Of a stretch of 64,000 bases of DNA, positions 45,638 through 54,767 are shown one piece after another (position 1 is the first letter of the stretch; every line of letters starts with the position of its first letter). The stretch covers positions 4,111 to 68,110 of the forward strand of contig CAZOFA010000001.1 in assembly GCA_964578975.1 (NCBI GenBank). Direction: 5' to 3'. A program made the translations under genes and the position numbers. A model generated the notes under the pieces. The model searched no databases and was not told the origin of the DNA. It saw only the letters and a list, made by a program, of their open reading frames with translations. The DNA comes from an uncultured Coxiellaceae bacterium. Its GTDB lineage: Bacteria > Pseudomonadota > Gammaproteobacteria > DSM-16500.

Positions 45638-46225
45638 ATGACACTTTACACTGCGACAATTACATTAATATTAGTGATGGATCCGCTGGGAAACATTCCA
45701 GTGTTTTTAGCCATCCTCAATAAAGTCGCCCCCGAACGACGTCAAAAAATTATTTTACGTGAAACTTTTATCGCATTTATTATTCTCACCGCATTTTTAT
45801 TTTTCGGAAAATATATTCTGAAAGGCATGCAAATATCAGAACCTGCACTGAGCATTGCGGGTGGTATTATTTTATTTTTAATTGCGATTCACATGATTTT
45901 TCCCCAAGAAAATGATAATCAACGTATTAAACAAATTGGTGAACCGTTTATTGTGCCACTCGCCATTCCACTGATTGCCGGTCCCTCGACGCTCACGATG
46001 GTGATGCTGTTTGCGAATCAACAACCGCGTCACATTTGGTTGTGGATGTTAGCGTTATTTATTGCTTGGTTTGTTTGTACCGTGATTTTAGTGTTTGCGA
46101 ATCGTCTACGTCGATTTTTTGGCGAACGTGGACTCATTGCGATCGAACGATTAATGGGGATGATATTAACCACCATGGCAGTGCAAATGTTTTTAACCGG
46201 TGTGGGACAATTTTTTCATATATAG
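45638..46225 (+). CDS. MarC-family (UPF0056/NAAT) membrane protein
   Basis: VMDPLGNIPVFLAI motif. Six hydrophobic helices. 195 aa. Confidence 0.8.
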   Translation: MTLYTATITLILVMDPLGNIPVFLAILNKVAPERRQKIILRETFIAFIILTAFLFFGKYILKGMQISEPALSIAGGIILFLIAIHMIFPQENDNQRIKQIGEPFIVPLAIPLIAGPSTLTMVMLFANQQPRHIWLWMLALFIAWFVCTVILVFANRLRRFFGERGLIAIERLMGMILTTMAVQMFLTGVGQFFHI

Positions 46226-46237
46226 GAATACGTCACG

Positions 46238-46693
46238 ATGAGCATTGAAAAAAATTTATTAGAAGGTGAAGAAATTATTTATCGCACGAAAAAACATTAT
46301 ATTATTTTTTTTGTGCCTCTCGTCTGGGTTCTTGGCACCATCGCTTTCCTGTTAACGCCTAATTCTCTCGTGGTCAAAGCCGCCATTGCACCTGCCATTG
46401 CCGCCGTTTTCACCGGAGTCAATCAATGGTTAGAATACATCACGGCAAGATTTGTTGTGACCAACAAACGCGTCATGATGAAAGAAGGTTTTTTTAATCG
46501 TCATGCGAACGAATTGCGGTTGGCGACAGTTTCAAACATGACAGTGGATCAAAGTTTACTTGGACAAATACTCGGTTATGGCGCTGTGACGATCAATCCA
46601 TTTGGTGGAAATAGTGATGTATTTAACGATATCGCGAATCCTTTTGAGTTTCAAAAACAAACGCAGGCGCAGTTGGATAAATTAGTCAAATAA
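46238..46693 (+). CDS. Membrane-anchored bacterial PH-domain protein (bPH_2/YdbS-like)
   Basis: Two TM helices followed by FVVTNKRVMMKEGFFNRH...LGYGAVTI, typical of bPH_2. Confidence 0.65.
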   Translation: MSIEKNLLEGEEIIYRTKKHYIIFFVPLVWVLGTIAFLLTPNSLVVKAAIAPAIAAVFTGVNQWLEYITARFVVTNKRVMMKEGFFNRHANELRLATVSNMTVDQSLLGQILGYGAVTINPFGGNSDVFNDIANPFEFQKQTQAQLDKLVK

Positions 46694-46706
46694 CAGGGTC
46701 ACATTT

Positions 46707-46835
46707 TTAGAAAACTAAACTCACCACCACTGCCAAAACAATTCCCGCCAATGCGATCAAACCCATCAGCGCTAATAGCGGCAAACCAAATGTGCGATAT
46801 TCCGTTAAATCACTCTGTTGCTTTTGGTTCATCAT
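46707..46835 (-). CDS. Possible 42-aa tail-anchored membrane peptide (below the ORF-track size cutoff)
   Basis: My translation reads MMNQKQQSDLTEYRTFGLPLLALMGLIALAGIVLAVVVSLVF-stop. Its ATG lies inside the last codons of the upstream 46810-47163 ORF in another frame. Confidence 0.2.
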   Translation of the reverse strand: MMNQKQQSDLTEYRTFGLPLLALMGLIALAGIVLAVVVSLVF

Positions 46836-47163
46836 TTTTTTTGTCCTCTTCATTTGCCACAACTATTTTTTGATAAGAGTCTGCCATGCGTGCAAGCTCT
46901 GTTAATTCCTTCTGCATTTTTTTAACTAAGTTAGCCTCTGCAGCAATGATGGAATTTAATTCGCTCACTGTTCCAAGGATATTTTGTAATGCATTTTTCA
47001 GTTGATCATCTCCGGGTGTGGCTGCCGCCGAACTTTTTTTCCCGACAGAACCTACACTCGTTTTTACTTTATCAACCATTTCACCTAACTTCACCGTTTT
47101 AGCAGAATCGATGATATCTGTCCCAATCTTTTTTAAATCACCAAAACCAGGTATCTTGACCAT
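46810..47163 (-). CDS. Hypothetical coiled-coil protein
   Basis: MVKIPGFGDLKKIG...; ATG 47163 is preceded by gagg. No recognisable domain. Confidence 0.5.
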   Translation of the reverse strand: MVKIPGFGDLKKIGTDIIDSAKTVKLGEMVDKVKTSVGSVGKKSSAAATPGDDQLKNALQNILGTVSELNSIIAAEANLVKKMQKELTELARMADSYQKIVVANEEDKKNDEPKATE

Positions 47164-47216
47164 ATCTTTTTTTCGCCTCACTTGTATTAGATATCATCAT
47201 TATAGCAGAAATGGCT

Positions 47217-48287
47217 TTAAAAATAATCCTGTTTCATCATCTGTTTAGTCAACCTAAGTGTTTCATTTGCAACAACATTTGCACGCGCCGTGCCTTCTTG
47301 CAAAATACTTAAAACCTGCGCCGGATCGCGCTCAAAAACCAAACGGCGTTGACGAATCGGCTCAATTAAATTGACCAACACTTCAATCAAGCGTTTTTTA
47401 CATTCCACATCGCCAATTTTGCCCTGACGATAACGCTCTGCAGCGTCCTGCACCCAGGCTTTATCTGGATTAAATGTTTCATGAAAAATCCACAGTGGAT
47501 TATTTTCCGTACTGCCCGGATCAGTGGCTTTCAATCGTTTCGGATCGGTATACATGCCCATGACTTTACGCGTAATGGTGTCTGCATCATCTGACAGAAA
47601 AATTGCGTTGTTAAGTGATTTGGACATTTTCAACAAATTGCCCTCTGCATTCGGTGTCCCCGTACCAACTAAGCGCTGTGCACGTCCCAACTTAACATCC
47701 ACAATCGGAAACAACCCACCTTTTTTGACATAATCTTTATCTTCGGTGTGCGAATCAACACCGCAATAGAGTTGATCAAAACGGCGCGCCACTTCTCGGG
47801 TCATTTCAATGTGCGGCACTTGATCTTCGCCGACCGGTACAATCTCGGGGCGAAACGCTAAAATATCGGCGACCTGGCCGACGGGATACAGCAAAAATCC
47901 GAATGAATAATTATCACCTAATCCTTTATCGCGAATTTCATCTTTAATCGTAGGATTACGCATGACACGCGGAAAAGGAAGCAACATGCTAAATAAAAAA
48001 GTGAGATCCGCGATCGCTGGAATTTCTGATTGAATGAACATGGTGCTTTTTTTCGGATCCATGCCGACGGCTAACCAGTCACTCGCCACATCCATCACGC
48101 TTTGGCGAATTTCTTCCGGACGTTCGAGGCGTGTGGTAAATGCATGGATATTCGCAATCAGAAAATAGCAATCATAATCCTGCTGTAATGCAAGTCGATT
48201 TTCTAATGAACCGACCCAATGGCCTAAATGCAATCGACCTGTCGGTGTATCGCCCGTCAAAAGACGTGGTTTTTTTATTTCTTTCAC
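47217..48287 (-). CDS. trpS: Tryptophanyl-tRNA synthetase
   Basis: HIGH-type motif TGRLHLGHWVGSL and KMSKS. Confidence 0.9.
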   Translation of the reverse strand: MKEIKKPRLLTGDTPTGRLHLGHWVGSLENRLALQQDYDCYFLIANIHAFTTRLERPEEIRQSVMDVASDWLAVGMDPKKSTMFIQSEIPAIADLTFLFSMLLPFPRVMRNPTIKDEIRDKGLGDNYSFGFLLYPVGQVADILAFRPEIVPVGEDQVPHIEMTREVARRFDQLYCGVDSHTEDKDYVKKGGLFPIVDVKLGRAQRLVGTGTPNAEGNLLKMSKSLNNAIFLSDDADTITRKVMGMYTDPKRLKATDPGSTENNPLWIFHETFNPDKAWVQDAAERYRQGKIGDVECKKRLIEVLVNLIEPIRQRRLVFERDPAQVLSILQEGTARANVVANETLRLTKQMMKQDYF

Positions 48288-48321
48288 GCTGCCTGCTCCG
48301 TAAAAAAATCATTGCGGCAGT

Positions 48322-48885
48322 TTAGCAGGACTCCGAGCGTTGCGCCAAATGATATGCGACTTGGCCTGCCCGCTTTTTTTTGATGAGTTGCCAATCGGTG
48401 GGTAAAGATGTCTCCGTCAACAACTCAGGCGCTTCTAAATAAATATACGCTTGTTTTGCCAAAAATTGATGTTCTTCCAGATAAAAACAACACGCTTGTA
48501 ATTTGTTGTCGGAAAAAGGTGGATCCAGAAAAACAATATCAAAGGGTTTGAGCGGTTTTTTTAATTGTGTGGGCACGTTCGCGCAATACACTTCTGCATT
48601 GTTTGCTTTAAATAATTTTAATTCTTCTTGCAATAAACTGACGACTTGGCGCGCCTCATCCACCATGACAACGTGCGCGGCACCACGGGATAATGCTTCA
48701 AATCCTAATGCACCACTGCCGGCAAACGCATCCAGACAATGTGCGCCGGGCACAACCGACTGCAACCAATTGAATAATGTTTCTCTGACACGATTAGGGG
48801 TGGGACGTAAATGGAGCACCTCAGGCACTTTTAATTTGCGACCGCGCCATTGCCCGCCAATGATTCGTACATTGCCTTGAGTCAT
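48322..48885 (-). CDS. rsmD: 16S rRNA (guanine966-N2)-methyltransferase
   Basis: RIIGGQWRGRKL, DAFAGSGALGFEALSRGA, FLDPPF. Divergent from ftsY as in E. coli. Confidence 0.9.
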   Translation of the reverse strand: MTQGNVRIIGGQWRGRKLKVPEVLHLRPTPNRVRETLFNWLQSVVPGAHCLDAFAGSGALGFEALSRGAAHVVMVDEARQVVSLLQEELKLFKANNAEVYCANVPTQLKKPLKPFDIVFLDPPFSDNKLQACCFYLEEHQFLAKQAYIYLEAPELLTETSLPTDWQLIKKKRAGQVAYHLAQRSESC

Positions 48886-48943
48886 GATTTCTTAACCTCG
48901 CTATGTTACTATTATCCAGCAATTGGCTCTACTGGAATATACT

Positions 48944-49936
48944 ATGTTTAATATATTAAAACGAAAAAAATCATCAGAACCAGAGCACCAACCTGAAACT
49001 TCTGCAGAAAAAGTGGGGTTTTTCACACGCCTCAAAACAAGTCTGACAAAAACACGCACTAAATTTGCCAATGGGATTGCGAATTTAATTCTGGGCAAAA
49101 AAACATTGGATCAAGATGTATTAGATTTAATTGAAACAGAATTATTAACCGCCGATGTGGGGATTGAAGCGACAGAACATTTGGTGAAGCATTTAACACA
49201 AAAATTGGCGCGCAAAGAATTAAATAATACGGAAGCGGCATTGCAATGTTTGCAAGATGAGATGCAAACGATTTTAGAACCGTGCGCGCAACCACTCAGC
49301 ATAAATACAGAAAAAAAACCGTTCGTTATTTTAGTGGTTGGAATTAATGGCTCGGGCAAAACGACAACGATCGGTAAATTAGCCAAGCAATTGCAAGCGA
49401 ACGGCCACAAAGTCATGTTAGCCGCGGGCGATACGTTTCGCGCGGCCGCCATCGAGCAATTACAAATTTGGGGCGAGCGTAATCAGATTCCGGTCATTGC
49501 ACAACAACCGGGTGCAGATACCGCTGCTGTCATCTATGATGCGATGGAATCCGCGAAAGCGCGCAATGTCGATGTGTTAATTGCAGATACCGCAGGACGC
49601 TTACACACCCAAACCAATCTGATGGAAGAATTAAAAAAAGTTAAACGTGTGCTCACGAAAATTGATCCCACGGCACCACACGAAACATTATTAATTCTTG
49701 ATGCAGGGATTGGACAAAATGCATTGACGCAAGCAACACAATTTAATGAAGCGATGAGTGTGACTGGATTGGTTCTCACTAAATTAGATGGCACAGCAAA
49801 AGGTGGTATGCTGTTTGCTATTGCAAAACAATTAAGGATTCCAATTCGTTTTATCGGGGTCGGGGAAGGCATCGATGATCTGAGACCTTTCGATGCTCAC
49901 GAATTTGTTACGGCACTTTTCGAGAGTGAATCATGA
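48944..49936 (+). CDS. ftsY: Signal recognition particle receptor FtsY
   Basis: VGINGSGKTTTIGKLA, DTAGRL, LTKLDGTAKGG. The start could be 48923 or 48944. Confidence 0.9.
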   Translation: MFNILKRKKSSEPEHQPETSAEKVGFFTRLKTSLTKTRTKFANGIANLILGKKTLDQDVLDLIETELLTADVGIEATEHLVKHLTQKLARKELNNTEAALQCLQDEMQTILEPCAQPLSINTEKKPFVILVVGINGSGKTTTIGKLAKQLQANGHKVMLAAGDTFRAAAIEQLQIWGERNQIPVIAQQPGADTAAVIYDAMESAKARNVDVLIADTAGRLHTQTNLMEELKKVKRVLTKIDPTAPHETLLILDAGIGQNALTQATQFNEAMSVTGLVLTKLDGTAKGGMLFAIAKQLRIPIRFIGVGEGIDDLRPFDAHEFVTALFESES

Positions 49937-50586
49937 TTCGTTTACAACATGTCAGTAAGCGTTACGCAAATGGATATCTTGCATTAGATAATGTGAGTTT
50001 TGATTTAGCGGCCGGTGAATTTGCATTTTTAACCGGGCATTCAGGTGCCGGGAAAAGCACCATACTGAAATTAATTGCTGCGATTGAAATGGCCTCACAA
50101 GGTCAGTTGATTGTCGGCGATCATCATCTCAATCGATTAAAACCCCGTCATCTTCCCGCCTTTCGGCGCAGTATCGGAATTATTTTTCAAACACCGAATC
50201 TTTTAACCGATCGCTCCGTGCTCGATAATGTTGCGCTGCCGCTCATTGTCGCAGGCGCACCCTATCGCGATATTCAAAATCGCGCACGCGCCGTGCTCGC
50301 TAAAATGAATTTACACAATAAACAAAAATGTTTTCCAAACGAACTTTCGATTGGCGAACAACAACGTGTTGCAATTGCACGTGCGATTATCAACAAACCG
50401 GCGATTTTGCTGGCGGATGAACCCACAGGAAATTTAGATCCCGATCTTGCCTCTGAAATCATGGATTTATTTCAGCAATTTAATCAACTGGGCATGACGA
50501 TGTTAATTGCCAGTCACGATCTGCCACTCATCCACAAATTAAAACATCGTGTGATTACCTTGTCAGAAGGGAAACTGCCATGTTAA
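49933..50586 (+). CDS. ftsE: Cell division ABC ATPase FtsE
   Basis: GHSGAGKST, LSIGEQQRVAIARA, LLADEPTGNLD. Follows ftsY with overlap. Confidence 0.9.
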   Translation: MIRLQHVSKRYANGYLALDNVSFDLAAGEFAFLTGHSGAGKSTILKLIAAIEMASQGQLIVGDHHLNRLKPRHLPAFRRSIGIIFQTPNLLTDRSVLDNVALPLIVAGAPYRDIQNRARAVLAKMNLHNKQKCFPNELSIGEQQRVAIARAIINKPAILLADEPTGNLDPDLASEIMDLFQQFNQLGMTMLIASHDLPLIHKLKHRVITLSEGKLPC

Positions 50587-51491
50587 AAAATTATTTTGCG
50601 CGTCACTGCCAAGCCGGATTATATAGTTTAGGAAATTTAATTCGCGCACCGTTTGCGAGTTTTATGACATGTTTAATCATTGGCATTACATTGGCACTGC
50701 CAGCCGTTTTATTTGTCGCCTTAAAAAATGCAGAGTTACTCAGCAACACGTTTCAACAAACCATGCAAATCACACTTTATTTGAAAGACAACGTTACCGA
50801 AAATGAAACTCAAGCACTCGCGCGCGACTTACAAACAGAAAAAGATATCAAAAGTGCACGCGCTATTTCACCCGCTGACGGTTTAAAAGAATTGCAGAAA
50901 CAAGCAGGTTTTGATGTCACCCCCGGTGATTTACAAAATAATCCGCTACCTTGGGTCATTGTCATTTTACCCACTGAGAAAGCAAGCACACCTGCCGCAT
51001 TAGAACATTTACAAGCTCGCATGAAACGTTTTGATATCGTGGACAATGTGCAACTCGATATTCTCTGGGTGAAACGCCTAGCATCACTGATCACACTGAC
51101 CCATCGCATCATGTATGCACTGGCTATTTTTTTAGGGCTTGCAGTGTTACTGATTATCAATGACACGATTCGTTCCACCACTGAACAACATCAAAAAGAA
51201 ATTGAAGTGATCCAATTAATTGGTGGCACTGATGCGTTTATTCGTCGCCCATTTCTCTATGCGGGAATCGCGTACGGATTACTGGGTGGAATAATTGCCT
51301 GGTTGTTAGTGGAATTTTTTTTATTACTTCTCAAAAATCCTGCGCATCGTCTTGCAGAATTATATAGTAGTGATTTTCATCTCGCTGGGATGGGATTGAC
51401 GACGATTGTAATTTTGTTGGTGATGAGCATGTCATTAGGTCTGATGGGTTCTTGGATTGCTGTCACGAAATATTTGCAGCAGCAAAAATAA
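50580..51491 (+). CDS. ftsX: Cell division permease FtsX
   Basis: Four TM helices, a periplasmic loop, and its position after ftsE. Confidence 0.85.
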   Translation: MLKNYFARHCQAGLYSLGNLIRAPFASFMTCLIIGITLALPAVLFVALKNAELLSNTFQQTMQITLYLKDNVTENETQALARDLQTEKDIKSARAISPADGLKELQKQAGFDVTPGDLQNNPLPWVIVILPTEKASTPAALEHLQARMKRFDIVDNVQLDILWVKRLASLITLTHRIMYALAIFLGLAVLLIINDTIRSTTEQHQKEIEVIQLIGGTDAFIRRPFLYAGIAYGLLGGIIAWLLVEFFLLLLKNPAHRLAELYSSDFHLAGMGLTTIVILLVMSMSLGLMGSWIAVTKYLQQQK

Positions 51492-51560
51492 TGTAAAGAA
51501 AAATTTCTTGCTTCGATAAATCTACATCGATAGACTTGGCGTTTTTTTAAGGATAAGAAA

Positions 51561-52373
51561 ATGCAAGATTCAGATTTCACAAGAATCTATAGCGGTGGAA
51601 ATCTCACCGGTACAATTGCAACAAATGGTGAAAATTCCGGAACAACAAATCCAAAAAGATGCTCTATATCAATGTGCGCATCAGGATTATTTTTATTAGC
51701 ATGCGGAGTGGGTGCAGGCGTGTTTGCCGCCAATTTTGTTGGTTCTACACCACCTCCCTGTCCGATACCGTGTCCTAATTGTTTCAGTTACACAGCAAAT
51801 GATTTCCAAACAATCGCCCAAGCCGGTCAGCTTTATACCTTCCCTTTTCAGGTTCAAGATTATTGCCCCGATGGAACTTATCCTCCCGATTGGGTCAATG
51901 GCACTTTAAATGTGATGTTTGGTTCCCATCCTATTACAAACGAATTCTTAGCAGTCGGTCCTGTGATTGGCTATCCTACGCCCGAAGATGCGCGTCAACG
52001 TGCTGTAGACTATGTCAACTTAGAATATCTTCCAGACATAGGATCCCCTTTGGCCGATCCAACTAACAATGTTTGTATATCTCGCACAGGTGAATTTGCT
52101 GATGGCCCATTCGGTTGTGAAACACCTGCCGCCTATGCATACAGTCTTACTAATGACAATGATCCGATGCCTGATTTAGTCCCTGATTCTCAGGCAGTAG
52201 AATCAACATCCGCGTCTGGATCAACTTATCCAACATTCACAACTGATCTACGTAAAAATCCATTTCTTATGTTTGCTTTTAATCGATTAGCTGGAAAAGA
52301 TCCGCAGCAAGAACATAAGCCCACAGAAAAACAAAATGAGACATCAGAAAGACGGTTTAACAAAACTGCTTAA
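51561..52373 (+). CDS. Hypothetical single-pass membrane protein with a Cys/Pro-rich juxtamembrane motif (orphan)
   Basis: TM segment SMCASGLFLLACGVGAGVFAANFV followed by STPPPCPIPCPNC. No recognisable domain. Inserted between ftsX and rpoH. Confidence 0.5.
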   Translation: MQDSDFTRIYSGGNLTGTIATNGENSGTTNPKRCSISMCASGLFLLACGVGAGVFAANFVGSTPPPCPIPCPNCFSYTANDFQTIAQAGQLYTFPFQVQDYCPDGTYPPDWVNGTLNVMFGSHPITNEFLAVGPVIGYPTPEDARQRAVDYVNLEYLPDIGSPLADPTNNVCISRTGEFADGPFGCETPAAYAYSLTNDNDPMPDLVPDSQAVESTSASGSTYPTFTTDLRKNPFLMFAFNRLAGKDPQQEHKPTEKQNETSERRFNKTA

Positions 52374-52381
52374 TTTTTTTA

Positions 52382-52403
52382 GTGACGCTCTACGGGGCGT
52401 CAC
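52382..52403 (+). terminator. Hairpin gtgacgc-tctacggg-gcgtcac downstream of the orphan ORF
   Basis: 7-bp perfect stem read directly. No following T-tract. Confidence 0.3.
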
Positions 52404-52436
52404 GAAAATTGGCTATTTTCTAAAAATTTTAGTATA

Positions 52437-52463
52437 TTAGCACTCAATAAAACAGAGTGCTAA
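52437..52463 (+). promoter_or_regulatory. Perfect 9-bp inverted repeat ttagcactc-N9-gagtgctaa ending 2 nt before the rpoH ATG
   Basis: Read directly. It would enclose the ribosome-binding region of rpoH mRNA, or it could be an operator. Confidence 0.3.
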
Positions 52464-52465
52464 AT

Positions 52466-53326
52466 ATGGATAATACTTCACTTCAAACCCTCGATCTGCA
52501 TCTGCCCATCAGCAGTCTTGAAACCTATATTAGTCATGTAAATCAAATACCTATGCTAACTCAAGCCGAAGAGCTTGCACTGGCAACTCGTCTCTATAAA
52601 ACCAATGATCTTGCCGCCGCGAAAGGATTGGTATTGGCTCATTTGCGCTATGTGGTGCGTGTGGCACGTGGTTATATGGGTTATGGGTTGCCGTTAAATG
52701 ATTTAATTCAAGAAGGCAATATTGGGTTGATGAAAGCGGTCAAGCGTTTCAATCCTGAAGTTGGTGTACGTCTGGTCACGTTTGCCATGCACTGGATCAA
52801 AGCTGAAATTCACGAATTTGTTTTACGTAACTGGCGCATTGTGAAAGTTGCGACGACAAAAGCACAACGTAAATTATTTTTTAATTTACGCAACATGAAA
52901 AAACATTTAGGTTGGTTAACGTCTGAAGAAGTCATGGAAGTTGCGAAAGATTTACGGGTTAAACCTGAAACGGTACGTGAAATGGAAATGCGGTTAAGCA
53001 CCTCCGACACGCCATTTGATGCGCACGATGATGATGACGAAGATGGATTCCATTTTGCACCCGCGGGTTATCTCGAAGATCATCGTTTTAATCCTGAAAA
53101 ACAATTAATTTCGACTGATTCGGCCAAACAATCACATTCGAGTTTACAACATGCGCTGACGCAACTCGATGAACGCAGCCAAGAAATTCTTCAGGCACGT
53201 TGGCTCGCTGAAGAAAAATCGACATTGCAAGAATTAGCAGATAAATTCCAAGTTTCGGCTGAACGTATTCGTCAACTTGAAAAAAATGCGATGCAGAAGT
53301 TGAAAGCTGTGCTTGAGCAAGCTTAA
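52466..53326 (+). CDS. rpoH: RNA polymerase sigma-32 (heat-shock sigma factor)
   Basis: RpoH box QRKLFFNLR, region 2 [28 protein letters not shown], region 4 [23 protein letters not shown]. Confidence 0.95.
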   Translation: MDNTSLQTLDLHLPISSLETYISHVNQIPMLTQAEELALATRLYKTNDLAAAKGLVLAHLRYVVRVARGYMGYGLPLNDLIQEGNIGLMKAVKRFNPEVGVRLVTFAMHWIKAEIHEFVLRNWRIVKVATTKAQRKLFFNLRNMKKHLGWLTSEEVMEVAKDLRVKPETVREMEMRLSTSDTPFDAHDDDDEDGFHFAPAGYLEDHRFNPEKQLISTDSAKQSHSSLQHALTQLDERSQEILQARWLAEEKSTLQELADKFQVSAERIRQLEKNAMQKLKAVLEQA

Positions 53327-53612
53327 CACGTGTCATTCCCGCGAAGGCGGGAATCTATCTAAAATAAGCACTATGACATTTTCAGAATAGATTCCCGCAT
53401 GCGCGGGAATGACACGGCGCGCGCATACTCACGAAATCCGCCCACGTGTCATTCCCGCGAAGGCGGGAACCCATCTAAAATAAGCACTATGACATTTTCA
53501 GAATAGATTCCCGCGTGCGCGGGAATGACACGGCGCGCGCATACTCATGAAACCATGTCAGCAGAGTCTCTCTCCGCCCACGTGTCATTCCCGCGAAGGC
53601 GGGAATCTATCC
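53327..53612. repeat. Tandem composite array (about 2.3 units; periods 116 and 136 bp) built from family-A palindromes
   Basis: Units start with cacgtgtcattcccgcgaaggcggga at 53327, 53443 and 53579. Each full unit also carries the variant palindrome attcccgc(a/g)tgcgcgggaatgacac. Unit 2 has a 20-bp insertion. Confidence 0.9.
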
Positions 53613-53648
53613 TAATTTAATCACAACACTTAATTTGAAGGCGATATT

Positions 53649-53945
53649 ATGTTATCAAAAGAATTCTATGTTTATATTATTTCAAGCAGGAAAAACGGCA
53701 CTTTATACATTGGAGTCACAAACGATTTATTAAAGCGAATCTCCATTCATAAAGAAAAGCTTGCTGATGGATTTACCAAAAAATATTCCGTTCACGAATT
53801 GGTGTATTTTGAAACGCACAATGATATCAACACAGCTATCTTGCGTGAAAAACAAATTAAAAAATGGAATCGTAATTGGAAAATAAGTTTAATCGAAGAA
53901 ACAAATCCAGATTGGATCGATCTTTATTATGAATTAATTGGATAA
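53649..53945 (+). CDS. GIY-YIG nuclease superfamily protein (small, stand-alone; COG2827/YhbQ-like)
   Basis: FYVYIISSRKNGTLYIGVTNDLLKRISIHKE (GIY...YIG), ETHNDINTAILREKQIKKWNRNWKISLIE (catalytic Glu / K-W-R-K region). Confidence 0.85.
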   Translation: MLSKEFYVYIISSRKNGTLYIGVTNDLLKRISIHKEKLADGFTKKYSVHELVYFETHNDINTAILREKQIKKWNRNWKISLIEETNPDWIDLYYELIG

Positions 53946-54026
53946 ATAGATTCCCGCCTTCGAGGGAATGACACAGGCTCGCACACGTGTCATTCCCGCG
54001 AAGGCGGGAATCCATCTAAAATGACA
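53946..54026. repeat. Two further family-A palindromes, starting immediately after the GIY-YIG stop codon
   Basis: atagattcccgccttcgagggaatgacac, then cacgtgtcattcccgcgaaggcgggaatccatctaaaatgacac. The second copy has the same sequence and direction as the left-flank units. Confidence 0.9.
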
Positions 54027-54035
54027 CAGCTTCTT

Positions 54036-54767
54036 TTATTTCAAATGATCATACCCAAACACATCTGAAAAATAATTTTCTCGTTTCAATCCCGCAGTCA
54101 AAAAATCTTGTAATGCGTCATGCACAATAGACTCAGGTGCACTTGCATATATTCGATAAGGTGAAAGATCAGAATGGTTTTCTAAAATAACGTGCTGCAA
54201 TAATCCTATTTTTCCTTGCCAATGCGTATGCGGTCGACTTAACACCGGCGTGTAAGAAAAATTTTGCAATTCGTTCATCCAACCTTGAGCTAATTCGTGC
54301 AAATACAATTCTTCAGGGGCGGTCGCACTCCAGTATAAATGCATCGATGGATAGGTGTTTAATCGTGTTAATTCTTCTACGATTGATTTGACCGGCGCAA
54401 AACCTGTGCCCCGTGCGAGAAAAATAATAGGTTGATCGCGCTGCGCTGCAAACTCGGTCGAACAACCATAAGGACCGCGCAATGTTAATTTTTTTTCTGC
54501 AGAAATTTTTAATAAAATTTCGCGCGCAAAATGATTTGAATCAGGATGGGCAATATGCAATTCAATGAACGAATAATCGTGAGGACTACAGGCAATTGAT
54601 AATGGTGAAAGTTTTCCATCGGGATGAACAACTTTAACGTATTGTCCAGCATGATAACGCAAAGCATCCTGCTTTGGAGCTTGTAATAAAATGCGTGTGA
54701 TGTCTTTTCCGATTGAGTCACGCTGCACAACAAGATAAGTGATGTCTTTAAGCAACTTGCGAACCAC
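54036..54767 (-). CDS. fre: NAD(P)H-flavin reductase (Fre/FNR-like two-domain oxidoreductase)
   Basis: Colinear with E. coli Fre: HAGQYVKV (RAGQY), LSPLSIAC (RPFSMAS), IELHI, FLARGTGFAPVKSI (AGGTGFS). Confidence 0.7.
   Translation of the reverse strand: MVRKLLKDITYLVVQRDSIGKDITRILLQAPKQDALRYHAGQYVKVVHPDGKLSPLSIACSPHDYSFIELHIAHPDSNHFAREILLKISAEKKLTLRGPYGCSTEFAAQRDQPIIFLARGTGFAPVKSIVEELTRLNTYPSMHLYWSATAPEELYLHELAQGWMNELQNFSYTPVLSRPHTHWQGKIGLLQHVILENHSDLSPYRIYASAPESIVHDALQDFLTAGLKRENYFSDVFGYDHLK

Noticed and set aside
53327-53612. Regularly spaced palindromic repeats that superficially resemble a CRISPR array
   Set aside because: The intervening 'spacers' are themselves repeated almost identically between units, so this is a tandem duplication of a composite unit. 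Periods are 116 and 136 bp rather than about 60-70 bp. The same palindrome is dispersed singly elsewhere, and no cas genes are nearby.
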